A stretch of 64,000 nucleotides of DNA from an uncultured bacterium (GTDB lineage: Bacteria; Hydrothermota; UBA3072; B12-G15). Below, piece after piece: positions 18,349 through 28,305 of the stretch; positions within the stretch are counted from its first letter, which is position 1; every line of letters starts with the position of its first letter. A model generated the notes under the pieces. It had not been told where the DNA came from. It worked only from the letters and a program-made list of their open reading frames with translations, and made no database searches. The stretch covers positions 268 through 64,267 of the forward strand of contig CBFDSV010000010.1 of assembly GCA_965612735.1 (NCBI GenBank), in the 5' to 3' direction. Both the position numbers and the translations under genes were made by a program.

Positions 18349-19002
18349 ATGGGACTTTTAAAAGAAGAAGACAGAAAGTATCTAACCAGCGAGTTTTCAA
18401 AACACATCAAAAACCCTGTGAAGATTATCCACTTCACAAGTGAAAGCAATGAGTGTATGTATTGTAAGGAAACCATGGAAATTCTTAAAGAGGTTGAAGA
18501 ACTTCATGACCTTATAACCCTTTATATCTACAACTTTGACACAGATAAGGATATGGTTGAGAAATACGGGATTGAGATGTTTCCAGCAACTGTGATTGAG
18601 GGAGAGAAGGATTACGGAATAAAGTTCTACGGTATCCCTGCAGGTTATGAGTTCTCCTCTTTGATTGAGGACATAATGGATGTGGGTGAGGGTAAACCAG
18701 ACCTTAAAGAAGAAACCATAAACACACTCAAGGACATAAACAAGCCAGTCCACCTTAAGGTCTTTGTTACCACTTCTTGCCCGTACTGCCCAACCGCAGT
18801 AAGAATCGCCCACAAATTTGCTATGGCGAATGAAAACATAAAGGGAGACATGATTGAGGCAAATGAATTCCCGGAACTCTCCCAGAGATACAATGTGTAT
18901 GCTGTTCCAAGGGTCGTTATAAATGAGGATAGATACTTTGAAGGGGCTCTTCCAGAGAATCAGTTCCTCAATGAAATCCTTGAGGCATTGAAGGAGGGGT
19001 AA
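18349..19002 (+). CDS. Protein disulfide oxidoreductase (two thioredoxin-fold units, glutaredoxin-like)
   Basis: Two CxxC sites (CMYC and CPYC) in tandem Trx folds, as in PDO of hyperthermophiles. A GGAGG RBS sits 7 nt upstream of ATG 18349. The track start at 18274 overlaps the preceding gene and is rejected. Confidence 0.7.
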   Translation: MGLLKEEDRKYLTSEFSKHIKNPVKIIHFTSESNECMYCKETMEILKEVEELHDLITLYIYNFDTDKDMVEKYGIEMFPATVIEGEKDYGIKFYGIPAGYEFSSLIEDIMDVGEGKPDLKEETINTLKDINKPVHLKVFVTTSCPYCPTAVRIAHKFAMANENIKGDMIEANEFPELSQRYNVYAVPRVVINEDRYFEGALPENQFLNEILEALKEG

Positions 19003-19003
19003 A

Positions 19004-19957
19004 ATGGAACTGATATTTGGACCATCCACACAGAAATCCTCAAAAAGAGAATACGATGCCATTGTTATTGGTGCAGGACCTGCTGGTCTAACTGCTGCCA
19101 TATACCTTGCCAGGGCAAAACTCTCAACCCTTATCCTGGAGAAACTTGTTCCTGGAGGGCTTGCAGCAACAACAGACAAAATAGAGAACTATCCTGGATT
19201 CCCGGAGGGTATAGGCGGTGAAGAACTTACATCAAGAATGGAAAAACAGGCAGTGAATTTTGGCGTGGATATTGCTCTTGAAGAGGTTTTGGATGTTGAC
19301 TTCCTGTCAAATCCAAAGGTTATAAAAACTTCCGACAGTGAGTATACAGGAAGGGGAATAATCATTGCAACAGGAACATCACCCAGATCCCTTAATGTCC
19401 CCGGAGAACAGAAGTTCAGGGGTAAAGGTATTTCATACTGTGCAACATGTGATGCCCCATTCTTTCAGGATAAAGAGGTGGTTGTTATTGGATGTGGCAA
19501 CTCCGGAATACAGGAAGGCATATACCTGAAGAAATTTGCAAAGAAGATAACCTTTGTAGAGTTCCTGCCACATATGACAGCAGAAAAGGTGCTTCAGGAG
19601 AGAGTAAGGGCTCTTGACAATGTGGAATTCCTTTTGAATCACCAGGTAACTGCATTTGAAGGAGAAGAAAAACTCACAGGTGTTAGGGTTAAGAACAGGG
19701 AAACTGGCGAAGAATTCCTGATTCCTGCTGATGGCGCATTCGTATATGTTGGTCTCAAACCCAACACAGAATTTCTCAAGGGTAAGGTTGAGATGGATGA
19801 ATATGGGTTTATAAAGACAGATGAAAAATTAAAGACTTCCATCCCGGGTGTCTATGCTGCTGGGGATGTGAGGACAACCATGTTGAGACAGGTTGCAACT
19901 GCTGTAGGAGATGGTGCTCTTGCTGCAAAACTCCTTGAAGAGGAACTGGGAGGTTGA
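19004..19957 (+). CDS. trxB: Thioredoxin-disulfide reductase
   Basis: FAD motif VIGAGPAGLTAA, redox-active CATC, NADPH motif GCGNSG. Confidence 0.85.
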   Translation: MELIFGPSTQKSSKREYDAIVIGAGPAGLTAAIYLARAKLSTLILEKLVPGGLAATTDKIENYPGFPEGIGGEELTSRMEKQAVNFGVDIALEEVLDVDFLSNPKVIKTSDSEYTGRGIIIATGTSPRSLNVPGEQKFRGKGISYCATCDAPFFQDKEVVVIGCGNSGIQEGIYLKKFAKKITFVEFLPHMTAEKVLQERVRALDNVEFLLNHQVTAFEGEEKLTGVRVKNRETGEEFLIPADGAFVYVGLKPNTEFLKGKVEMDEYGFIKTDEKLKTSIPGVYAAGDVRTTMLRQVATAVGDGALAAKLLEEELGG

Positions 19958-20209
19958 ATGGAGAAGAAAAGGACACCAAAGGTGGTTATATTTACAACCT
20001 CATCATGTCCATGGTGCAGAATGACAAAGGAGTACCTGAAGGCACATAAAATTCCATTCAAAGAGGTGAATGTCCAGAGGAATCCATCTGCTGCAAGGGA
20101 CTTGGTGCGGATGACAGGCCAGACAGGTGTACCTGTGCTTTTAATAAATAACAGGCCAGTGGTTGGTTTTAACAAACCAATGATTGACAGATTGCTGGGT
20201 ATTAAATGA
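19958..20209 (+). CDS. Glutaredoxin/NrdH-like small redoxin
   Basis: 83 aa, CPWC active site, GVPVL motif. Start is adjacent to the trxB stop. Confidence 0.75.
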   Translation: MEKKRTPKVVIFTTSSCPWCRMTKEYLKAHKIPFKEVNVQRNPSAARDLVRMTGQTGVPVLLINNRPVVGFNKPMIDRLLGIK

Positions 20210-21522
20210 GGATAATCGTTATAGGTGGTGGTGCAGCAGGAATGTCGGCCGCTGCAAGGGCAAAGAGAACAAACCCTTCTGCTGATGTCGTTGTGTATGA
20301 AGAGGGACGTTTCCTGACCTTCGGGTTATGTGGCATACCTTACTTCATCTCAGACGAGGTTAAGACGATTGACCATCTTGTTGCACTTTCAGACGAACAG
20401 ATAAAGAAAAAGGGCATAGAATTCCACAGATATCACAGGGTGATTGAAATAAAACCCCACAGGAAACAGGTTGTTGTCAGGGATACGAAAGAAAGAGAAA
20501 CACGCATTGAACACTTTGACAGACTTGTGATAGCATCTGGAGCAGAAACCGTGAAAATCTCCAATATTCAGGGAGAGAATATCTTTTATCTGAGAACCCT
20601 TGAAGATGCCCAGAATCTGAAAGACTTTATTAAACATAACTCACCCAGAAATGCAGTTGTTGTTGGAGGAGGCTATATAGGTATGGAGATGGCTGATGCG
20701 TTCAACACCATTGGAATGAACGTAACCCTGATTGAAAAACTACCCCGGATACTTCCGCAATTTGACAGGGATATGGCTGAGAATGCAAGAAAGAAACTGG
20801 AAGAGGCAGGTATAACTGTACGGACTGGTGAAACAGTTCAGGGTATTGATAGGAAGATACTTTACACTGATAAGGGAAGAATTGATTTTGACCTTGCTCT
20901 TGTATCTATTGGAATAAAGCCAAGAACTGAACTTGTTCAGTCAGCAAGAATTGAGACAGGTAGTACAGGTGGAATAAAAGTGGATAGCAGGATGAAGACA
21001 AACCAGTTCAGTATATATGCAGCAGGCGACTGTATCCAGGTGAAACATATTGTCTCAGGAAGGGATGTCTACATTCCACTCGGAACAACTGCCAATAAAA
21101 CAGGCAAGGTTGCTGGTGACAATGCTGCTGGTGGAGAACTTGTATTCTCAGGTATTTCAGGAACAGGCATTTTCAGGACAAGGTGGTTTGACATGGCAGT
21201 CACTGGCCTTACTGAAACACAGGCAGATCTCCTGGGAATAAAGGTGAAGAGCGTTACTATATCTTCCCTTAATAAAGCACATTATATGCCTGAAAGTGAT
21301 AAAATTGTGGTCAAGGTGGTGTTCAAGGAGAATGGAGAATTGGTGGGTGCTCAACTTATGGGAAGGGGTGTTGAAAGGGTAAATATTTTTGCCACTGCAA
21401 TAAAGGGAAAAATGAACCTTATGGATATGGCGGGTATAGACCTTGCCTATTCTCCACCCTTTGCACCTGTGTGGGACCCGGTTCTCATCGCAGTAAATCA
21501 GGCTCTAAAGGAGGTAAAATGA
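20206..21522 (+). CDS. FAD-dependent pyridine nucleotide-disulfide oxidoreductase (NADH oxidase / CoA-disulfide reductase family)
   Basis: IIVIGGGAAGMSAA FAD site, single redox Cys in FGLCGIPYF (Nox/CoADR type), second Rossmann fold VVVGGGYIGMEMA. Confidence 0.75.
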   Translation: MRIIVIGGGAAGMSAAARAKRTNPSADVVVYEEGRFLTFGLCGIPYFISDEVKTIDHLVALSDEQIKKKGIEFHRYHRVIEIKPHRKQVVVRDTKERETRIEHFDRLVIASGAETVKISNIQGENIFYLRTLEDAQNLKDFIKHNSPRNAVVVGGGYIGMEMADAFNTIGMNVTLIEKLPRILPQFDRDMAENARKKLEEAGITVRTGETVQGIDRKILYTDKGRIDFDLALVSIGIKPRTELVQSARIETGSTGGIKVDSRMKTNQFSIYAAGDCIQVKHIVSGRDVYIPLGTTANKTGKVAGDNAAGGELVFSGISGTGIFRTRWFDMAVTGLTETQADLLGIKVKSVTISSLNKAHYMPESDKIVVKVVFKENGELVGAQLMGRGVERVNIFATAIKGKMNLMDMAGIDLAYSPPFAPVWDPVLIAVNQALKEVK

Positions 21523-22037
21523 GGAAACTTCTATTGATTCTGCTTGCAGGAATTATCGTGTTTTCTGGATGCAACAAATCCAGTGAAAACAATAATAAAA
21601 AAACTTCATCCACAAGGGTAGAGGACTCTGGTATTGACTTTACATTGAATGGTCTTGATGGGAAAACATACAGGTTGAGTGACTACCGTGGAAAGGTCGT
21701 TCTGCTTGATTTCTGGGCATCATGGTGTGGTCCATGCAGAATATCCATGCCATATTTTAATAAACTCTATGAAGAATACAGGGATGAAGGTCTGATTGTG
21801 CTTGGTATTGGTCTTGAAAACAATCCCAATAACCTGATAAATGCCGCAAAGAGTATTGGTGTTACATATCCTATACTCCAGGGAACAAGGGAGATTGCAC
21901 AGAGGTTTGCAATCAGAGCAATCCCCACAACCTACCTTATAAACAAAAAAGGGGAAATAGTTTCAAGGCATGTCGGGTTCAGTCAGGAGATATTGAAAAA
22001 TATGGAGAAAGAGATACTGGAACTTCTCAGGGATTAA
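21519..22037 (+). CDS. TlpA/ResA-like thiol:disulfide oxidoreductase lipoprotein
   Basis: Lipoprotein signal LLAGIIVFSGC, redoxin motif WASWCGPC. ATG 21519 overlaps the upstream stop (ATGA). The track start at 21471 is rejected. Confidence 0.75.
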   Translation: MRKLLLILLAGIIVFSGCNKSSENNNKKTSSTRVEDSGIDFTLNGLDGKTYRLSDYRGKVVLLDFWASWCGPCRISMPYFNKLYEEYRDEGLIVLGIGLENNPNNLINAAKSIGVTYPILQGTREIAQRFAIRAIPTTYLINKKGEIVSRHVGFSQEILKNMEKEILELLRD

Positions 22038-23094
22038 ACCTTTCCCTTAAATGTTTTTCAAGCCATCTATTCCCTTTCACAATTAAATCCCTGACCTCTC
22101 TGTAAAATTCAATATCTTTACCAATGGGGTCAGGGATCTTTTCAAGGTCAATAATTTCATAAAAAGGCAGTATTGTATATGGATTTGCTCCAAGAGAGAG
22201 AACTTCCTCTCTGTGAACAGGCTCCATAGGGAGGATCAAATCTGCCCATTGAATAAGTTCCCTTGATATGGGTGTGCTTCTATGGGCAGTAAGATTGACA
22301 CCTATCTCCTCCATAACTTTTATGGCATTCTCTGTGGCAGGTGAACCTGAAAACCCCAGTGTTCCGCATGACCTGATGAACAATGGAAGGTCTCTTGCAC
22401 AGTATGAAAGATGATACTGAGCCATGGGACTTCTGCATGTATTACCAGAGCATACATACAGAATGTTCAGGACATTCCCTTCTGAGAGTAAAATGGTTTT
22501 GCCTGTGATTGCTTCAATCTCAAACACCTTAACAGCACCCATCCTGATAATCACGGGTCTTTCACCTGATACATCCACAACAGTTGATGGTATTCCACCT
22601 TTTGAATCTCCCTTCAACATCAATTCAAGTGGAACCCTTACATCTTTATGAGAAACAGGCGGCACCTCACCAGGGAAGTTTGCAGATGTGTTTATCACAG
22701 GAGAACCAACTCTTTTCATTGCCTCAATCAGTGGAGGAAAATCTGGTATCCTTATCCCTATTTTACCTTCGCCTGAAACAACCCCTGGTGGCAACCCCTT
22801 CTTTGCTCTGAATATAAGTGTAAGCCCACCAGGCCAGTGTTTTTTAATGAGGCTGTTAATATAATTGGGGAATTCCTCCACAAGTTCCTTAGCAGAATCT
22901 ACATCTGGCACAAAAACAGCAAATGGTTTTTCACGCCCCTTCTTCAACTCCCTCAGTTTCGCTACACAATCCTCAGAAAGAATACAACCCATACCATAAA
23001 CTGTGTCTGTGGGGAAACCTACAACCTTGCCTGTCTGGAAAAATTTAACAAGCTCCTCAATACTCATTGCTCCATATGAACTATCACCTACCAT
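22027..23094 (-). CDS. Fusion protein: L-threonylcarbamoyladenylate synthase (TsaC/YrdC/Sua5) + low-molecular-weight protein phosphatase
   Basis: N-terminal YrdC motifs (FPTDTVYGMGC, KGREKPFAVFVP). C-terminal LMW-PTP P-loop CSGNTCRSPMAQ with a downstream DP motif. Confidence 0.7.
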   Translation of the reverse strand: MVGDSSYGAMSIEELVKFFQTGKVVGFPTDTVYGMGCILSEDCVAKLRELKKGREKPFAVFVPDVDSAKELVEEFPNYINSLIKKHWPGGLTLIFRAKKGLPPGVVSGEGKIGIRIPDFPPLIEAMKRVGSPVINTSANFPGEVPPVSHKDVRVPLELMLKGDSKGGIPSTVVDVSGERPVIIRMGAVKVFEIEAITGKTILLSEGNVLNILYVCSGNTCRSPMAQYHLSYCARDLPLFIRSCGTLGFSGSPATENAIKVMEEIGVNLTAHRSTPISRELIQWADLILPMEPVHREEVLSLGANPYTILPFYEIIDLEKIPDPIGKDIEFYREVRDLIVKGNRWLEKHLRERFNP

Positions 23095-23136
23095 GGTAAA
23101 AGCATACTCAATATTGTTTTCTTGTAAAGTATTTTT

Positions 23137-24408
23137 TTAACGCATCTTCCCAGTAAAAAATCTGAACAGGTCGTTGAATGTGATGAAGAGAAACAGGAAA
23201 ATCAAAATAAAAAATCCAATATTTTCAAGTATCTTGAGGCTCTTTTCTCCTGGTTTCTTCCTTGTAATCATCTCAACAATCCCGAGAAGGGCATGAGCAC
23301 CATCAAGTGGAGGAATGGGAATGAGATTCACAATTCCAAGATTGATTGTGATGAAGGCAATGAAATAAATCAGGTTCTTTACACCCCACTTCAAACTTCT
23401 GCCTGTAAGGTAAACAATGGCTATTGGCCCACCAAGTTCCCTTGGAGAGACCTTCCTTTTTATGAGCATACCAAAAACCTTAAAAATCTTGAGTGCGGTA
23501 TCTTCAAACTGATACCAGGAGAGTTTAAAAGTAAGCCCCAGACCAACATGCCTTATTCTGTAAGGTGTCATAATACCTATCATTCCAACAGTGACTGTAC
23601 TGTCCCCCTGCATGGTCTTTGTCTCCTCAGGTACAACAATCCCTGTTTTTATCCCATCCTTTCCTGACTTCCACACAACCTTCAAACTCTCCCCTGGAGA
23701 AGAGAGTATGATATTTCTCATCTCATCCCAGGTTTGAACCTTTTTTCCGTTTATCTCAATTATACTATCCCCTTCTTCTATTCCTGCCCTTGCAGCAGGT
23801 CCATCCTTTTCAATACCACCAACAACTGGTGGGAAAAGAGGGGATATATGCAAAAGTTCTTCCATTGGAGCAACAAGGGTTTCTGGTTTCCCCCCTCTTA
23901 TAACCACAACAGTATTTGTGTCAGTGAACTTATTCTGCACGTCAAACCAATCCTCAACCTTCTCTCCGTTCACTGATACAATCCTGTCAAATTTCTGGAA
24001 AATGGAACTGGAGTCTGGCTGAACAACTGTTGTTGCAGGGGTTTCAATGCCCATGACACCTATTGTTCCAAGGTATATGATAAAACCAAGTAGAAGGTTG
24101 GCAAAAGGACCTCCAAGCACAATCATTACCCTTATCCATGCAGGCCTTGAATAGAACTCATCTGGCTCACCCTCTATCTCTCCAGGCTCCATTCCATGAA
24201 GTTTCACATATCCACCTATTGGGAATGCACCAATTTTATACTCTGTCTCCCCCCTCTTCCATTTAACTATTGCAGGTCCAAACCCTATTGAGAAAACAGG
24301 AACCTTAACCCCACCCTTTCTGGCTATGATGAAGTGAAACCACTCATGGATAAATATCAAAAAACCAAGAAACAATATTGCCACAACTATGGAAAGGAAA
24401 GCCATCAT
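23137..24408 (-). CDS. rseP: RIP zinc metalloprotease RseP (site-2 protease)
   Basis: HEWFHF HExxH in TM1, PDZ domain, LDGG motif. Confidence 0.85.
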   Translation of the reverse strand: MMAFLSIVVAILFLGFLIFIHEWFHFIIARKGGVKVPVFSIGFGPAIVKWKRGETEYKIGAFPIGGYVKLHGMEPGEIEGEPDEFYSRPAWIRVMIVLGGPFANLLLGFIIYLGTIGVMGIETPATTVVQPDSSSIFQKFDRIVSVNGEKVEDWFDVQNKFTDTNTVVVIRGGKPETLVAPMEELLHISPLFPPVVGGIEKDGPAARAGIEEGDSIIEINGKKVQTWDEMRNIILSSPGESLKVVWKSGKDGIKTGIVVPEETKTMQGDSTVTVGMIGIMTPYRIRHVGLGLTFKLSWYQFEDTALKIFKVFGMLIKRKVSPRELGGPIAIVYLTGRSLKWGVKNLIYFIAFITINLGIVNLIPIPPLDGAHALLGIVEMITRKKPGEKSLKILENIGFFILIFLFLFITFNDLFRFFTGKMR

Positions 24409-25523
24409 TTTATCAACCTCCTGGCATATTCAGCAGCCCACACCTCTGCTTGAAGCACATCTTCAACATCTTCAATTTTAACTGGCTTGTGGGCTTCAAC
24501 CGTTTCGCTCACAACCCTGTATATATCATTAAAACCAATTTTACCGTTCAGGAATGCCTCTACAGCAATCTCATCTGCCCTGGACATTACAGCAGGCAGG
24601 GTATTCTCTTCCTTAAGCAGGTGAAGTGCCAGTTTGAGAAGTGGGAATCTTTCAAAATCAGGTGATTCAAATGTCAGGGAACCAACATCAATCAGATTGA
24701 GCGATTTCACAGGTGAAGTTATCCTCTCAGGGTAGGTGAATGCATACTGGATGGGAATCCTCATATCCGGGAGCGACATCTGGGCAATAACACTACCGTC
24801 CATAAATTCAACCAGACTATGTATAATAGACTGTGGATGTATAACGATCTCAATCATATCTGCTGAGAGATTAAATATTGCCTTTGCCTCATGTGCTTCA
24901 AGCCCTTTATTAAAGAGGGTTGCTGAATCCACTGTAATCTTCTTGCCCATGTTCCAGTTGGGATGTTTCAATGCCTCTTCAGGGGTTATACCTGATAGGT
25001 CTTCTCTATTCCTGAAAGGTCCTCCAGATGCGGTTAAAATAATCCTTTTAACATCCTCTCTTCTTCCTGCATGGATTGACTGAAATATGGCAGAATGTTC
25101 AGAATCCACCGGTATAAACTCTTTGCCTTTTATCCTATCCCTCAGAATAGGGCTGAATGCCACAAGTGTTTCCTTGTTCGCCATGGCTATCCTTATGTTT
25201 TTATCCAGCGCCTTCAAAAGAATATTGATAACACCTGTTCCAGTTGTTGAAATAAGGAGAATATCAACGAGCTCAAGGGCTTCTTCAATCTCCTCAAACC
25301 CTATTAACACAGGAATATCAAAAACCTCTCTTGCATTTTCCCCTTCTACTGGGTCAATCACTCCAATCAGTTCTGGTTTGAATTTATCCACCTGACTTGC
25401 AAGTTCCTTTATATTTGAATGGCAGGAAAGAAATGTTATTTTGAAATCCTCCAATCTTTCCAGAACATCAAGTGCGTTCCTTCCAATAGAACCTGTTGAA
25501 CCAAGTATTCCAACCTTTTTCAT
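24405..25523 (-). CDS. dxr: 1-deoxy-D-xylulose 5-phosphate reductoisomerase
   Basis: GILGSTGSIG NADPH motif; Dxr core conserved. Confidence 0.9.
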   Translation of the reverse strand: MKKVGILGSTGSIGRNALDVLERLEDFKITFLSCHSNIKELASQVDKFKPELIGVIDPVEGENAREVFDIPVLIGFEEIEEALELVDILLISTTGTGVINILLKALDKNIRIAMANKETLVAFSPILRDRIKGKEFIPVDSEHSAIFQSIHAGRREDVKRIILTASGGPFRNREDLSGITPEEALKHPNWNMGKKITVDSATLFNKGLEAHEAKAIFNLSADMIEIVIHPQSIIHSLVEFMDGSVIAQMSLPDMRIPIQYAFTYPERITSPVKSLNLIDVGSLTFESPDFERFPLLKLALHLLKEENTLPAVMSRADEIAVEAFLNGKIGFNDIYRVVSETVEAHKPVKIEDVEDVLQAEVWAAEYARRLIK

Positions 25524-26317
25524 CTTGCTGCAAAGAATCTCAGGTAGTAGTAGATTAAAGGTGCAGTAAACAGGACTGAGTCAAATCTATCAAGGATACC
25601 ACCGTGGCCCGGTATTGTGGAAGATGCATCCTTTGTGTTCACATCCCTCTTCATCATTGACTCAACAAGGTCTCCAACAGGTGCAACAAATGCTGTCCCA
25701 ATTCCAAGCATGAGGCAATCAAACCAGGAGAGATAAGGTGCGTAAAACTGCTGATAGAGAAAGGCGGCACCAACAGTGAAGAACCCACCACCTATCACAC
25801 CCTCCCATGTCTTCTTTGGTGAAACCCTCGGGAAGAATAGATGTTTTCCAAATTTTCTTCCAACAAAGAACGCCATTGTATCATTCGTCCATGCAAGGAT
25901 AAATGGAAGAAGTGCAAAACTTGTTCCAAGCCTCACCTTAAACCCAAGAAGGTTGTAATACTCTGTCCTTGAAATCACCTGTGGAAGGTTCATCAGGAGG
26001 ATAAGATGGCTGAAAAGCCATCCCACGTATATCACTCCGAATATTGTGCTTGAAATGTGGAATATGGCCTGGTCCTGTTTTTTTCTGAACAACTCTGCAA
26101 TACAGACAATGTAGACAAGTGCAACAGGGGTTATAACTGTGAAGATATGGGACTGGAAATAGGCATTTACACCAAGTATTAAAGCAGCAATAATCCCGAG
26201 TTTTTTGTATGGATTCAAACCCCTTCTTCTCAGGAGGTCCATGAATTCATAAGTACCTAAGAATATACCAAGTTCAACAAGGATAAGATAATAGATACCA
26301 CCTGCCCAGGTTATCAC
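25520..26317 (-). CDS. cdsA: Phosphatidate cytidylyltransferase
   Basis: CTP-transferase signature ESxxKRxxxxKDxSxxIPGHGGxLDRxDS. Confidence 0.85.
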   Translation of the reverse strand: MITWAGGIYYLILVELGIFLGTYEFMDLLRRRGLNPYKKLGIIAALILGVNAYFQSHIFTVITPVALVYIVCIAELFRKKQDQAIFHISSTIFGVIYVGWLFSHLILLMNLPQVISRTEYYNLLGFKVRLGTSFALLPFILAWTNDTMAFFVGRKFGKHLFFPRVSPKKTWEGVIGGGFFTVGAAFLYQQFYAPYLSWFDCLMLGIGTAFVAPVGDLVESMMKRDVNTKDASSTIPGHGGILDRFDSVLFTAPLIYYYLRFFAAR

Positions 26318-26367
26318 AATCAGGGCAGGTATAAAGAGGATGGCGGTAATCCACCTATGAAAGAGAT

Positions 26368-27048
26368 TTATATCCCTCCGAATCTTCTCTCCCTTGTTGA
26401 GTATGATTTTATTGCCTTCAAAAGTTCCTTTTTATCAAAATCAGGCCACAGAACATCTGTTATGTACAATTCAGTGTAGGCAATCTGGTAAAGCAGGAAG
26501 TTGGATATCCTCATCTCACCACTTGTTCGGATAAGAAGGTCAGGGTCGGGCATCTCTGGAAAATAGAAAAACTCCTTTATTTTCTCCTCATCCACCTTCT
26601 CGCCTTTCTCAATGGCCTTGTTCACTGCATCAACAATCTCTGCCCTTCCGCTATAATTCAGTGCTATTATCAAAGTAAGGTCTCTGAATTTTGCAGTCTC
26701 ATTCGAAACCCACTCCATATTTTCTATAACCTCCTCAGGCAGACCCTCTCTTCTCCCTATGAAGACCACCCTCACCTTCTTCTCTTTCAGGTTCTTAATC
26801 TCCTTCCTTATGACATCTGTAAAGAGTTTCATAAGACCCATAACCTCATCAGGGGGTCTTGTCCAGTTCTCTGTGGAGAAGGTGTACAGGGTGAGATACT
26901 TCACCCCAAGGTCCAGGCAGGCCTCTATTGTTTTTCTTACTGCCTTAACCCCTGCCCTGTGTCCATATATCCTTGGAAGCCCACGCTTCCTTGCCCATCT
27001 TCCATTGCCATCCATAATGATGGCAATATGGAGTGGGATATTAATCAT
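26368..27048 (-). CDS. uppS: Isoprenyl transferase (undecaprenyl diphosphate synthase)
   Basis: HIAIIMDGNGRWA and the cis-prenyltransferase core. Confidence 0.9.
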   Translation of the reverse strand: MINIPLHIAIIMDGNGRWARKRGLPRIYGHRAGVKAVRKTIEACLDLGVKYLTLYTFSTENWTRPPDEVMGLMKLFTDVIRKEIKNLKEKKVRVVFIGRREGLPEEVIENMEWVSNETAKFRDLTLIIALNYSGRAEIVDAVNKAIEKGEKVDEEKIKEFFYFPEMPDPDLLIRTSGEMRISNFLLYQIAYTELYITDVLWPDFDKKELLKAIKSYSTRERRFGGI

Positions 27049-27598
27049 TCAGGATTTCCTCTTCCTTCCTGTGTACGACCTCGTCTATCTGAGCCACAAA
27101 TTTATCTGTGAGTTCCTGAACCTCTCTTTCAGCCCTTAATGCATCATCCTCAGAAATCTCACCGTCGTTCTTTGCCTTTTTTATCTTCTCATTGGCTTCC
27201 CTTCTGAGATTCCTAATTGCCACCTTACCCTCTTCACCTATCTTTTTTACAAGCTTTGTAAGTTCAATCCTTCTCTCCTCAGATAGTGGAGGAATGGGAA
27301 TTCTGAGTTTATCCGGTTCTACAATGGGGTTCAAACCAAGATTTGAACTAAGGATAGCCTTCTCAATGGCCTCAAGTGCATTCTGGTCCCATGGGTGGAC
27401 AATAAGCATATTTGGCTCAGGTGCAGTGATTGATGCAATCTGATTAAGTGGAACTGTTGCTCCATAGTAGTCAACCTTCAGGTTCTGTAGTATGGAGGGC
27501 GAAGCCCTTCCTGTTCTTATTCCTGCCAGTTCTTCTTCAGTGACCTTCACAGCCTTTGACATCCTCTCCTTTATATCCCTCTTTAATTCCTCTAACAT
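27041..27598 (-). CDS. frr: Ribosome recycling factor
   Basis: 185 aa, typical Frr sequence. Confidence 0.9.
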   Translation of the reverse strand: MLEELKRDIKERMSKAVKVTEEELAGIRTGRASPSILQNLKVDYYGATVPLNQIASITAPEPNMLIVHPWDQNALEAIEKAILSSNLGLNPIVEPDKLRIPIPPLSEERRIELTKLVKKIGEEGKVAIRNLRREANEKIKKAKNDGEISEDDALRAEREVQELTDKFVAQIDEVVHRKEEEILND

Positions 27599-27606
27599 TT
27601 CACCCC

Positions 27607-28305
27607 CTATTTTATTATTGAACCTATTCTTTCTCCACTGACAAATCTTCTTAAACTTCCCGCTTTGAAAAAGTTAATCACAGATATGGGAAGTTTGTGC
27701 TCCATTGCAAGAGAAAATGCAGTGAGGTCCATAATCTTCAAACCTTTATCTATTGCCTCCTTATAGGATAGTTCAGGAAAAAACTCTGCCTCTGGATTTT
27801 TTTCAGGGTCTTCACTATACACCCCATCAACCTTTGTTGCCTTGACCAGGATATCCGCCTTTATCTGGAGTGCCCTGAGAACCGCTGCTGTATCAGTGGT
27901 GAAGAAGGGTCTTCCCGTTCCCCCACAAAAAACAGCAATACCCCTGAAGTGTTCCCCTCTGTACTGGGGAATAACATCCCTGACCTCAAGCCCTGAGAAT
28001 ACGGAAACATCCACACCCCTATGCAGAAGAGAATGATAAAGAAGGAGGCCGTTGATGTTGGTGGCCATCATGCCTGCATAATCCATACCTTCTCTATCAA
28101 GCGAGGTAAAGGACTTTGCACCCCTGATTATATTCCCTCCCCCTACCACAACACCAATACGAACACCCATTTCATACACTGGAATAATCTCTCCAAGAAT
28201 ATAATCAAGCCCTTCCTGTGAAATGGCCTTCTCTTTATCCGAGAAGGCCTCACCACTTATCTTGAGTAGTATTGTACTAAAAGGCTTGTCACTCTCCAAG
28301 TTCAA
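27607..28305 (-). CDS. pyrH: UMP kinase
   Basis: KxSGE and GGGN motifs of the amino-acid-kinase fold. Confidence 0.9.
   Translation of the reverse strand: MNLESDKPFSTILLKISGEAFSDKEKAISQEGLDYILGEIIPVYEMGVRIGVVVGGGNIIRGAKSFTSLDREGMDYAGMMATNINGLLLYHSLLHRGVDVSVFSGLEVRDVIPQYRGEHFRGIAVFCGGTGRPFFTTDTAAVLRALQIKADILVKATKVDGVYSEDPEKNPEAEFFPELSYKEAIDKGLKIMDLTAFSLAMEHKLPISVINFFKAGSLRRFVSGERIGSIIK

Noticed and set aside
18397-19179. 260-aa antisense ORF across the PDO/trxB genes, and similar long ORFs opposite annotated genes (52234-52719, 37019-37489, 33908-34264, 10756-11097)
   Set aside because: They lie entirely within strongly supported genes on the other strand, have low-complexity or Ser/Leu/Pro-rich composition typical of antisense frames, and lack RBS or promoter context.
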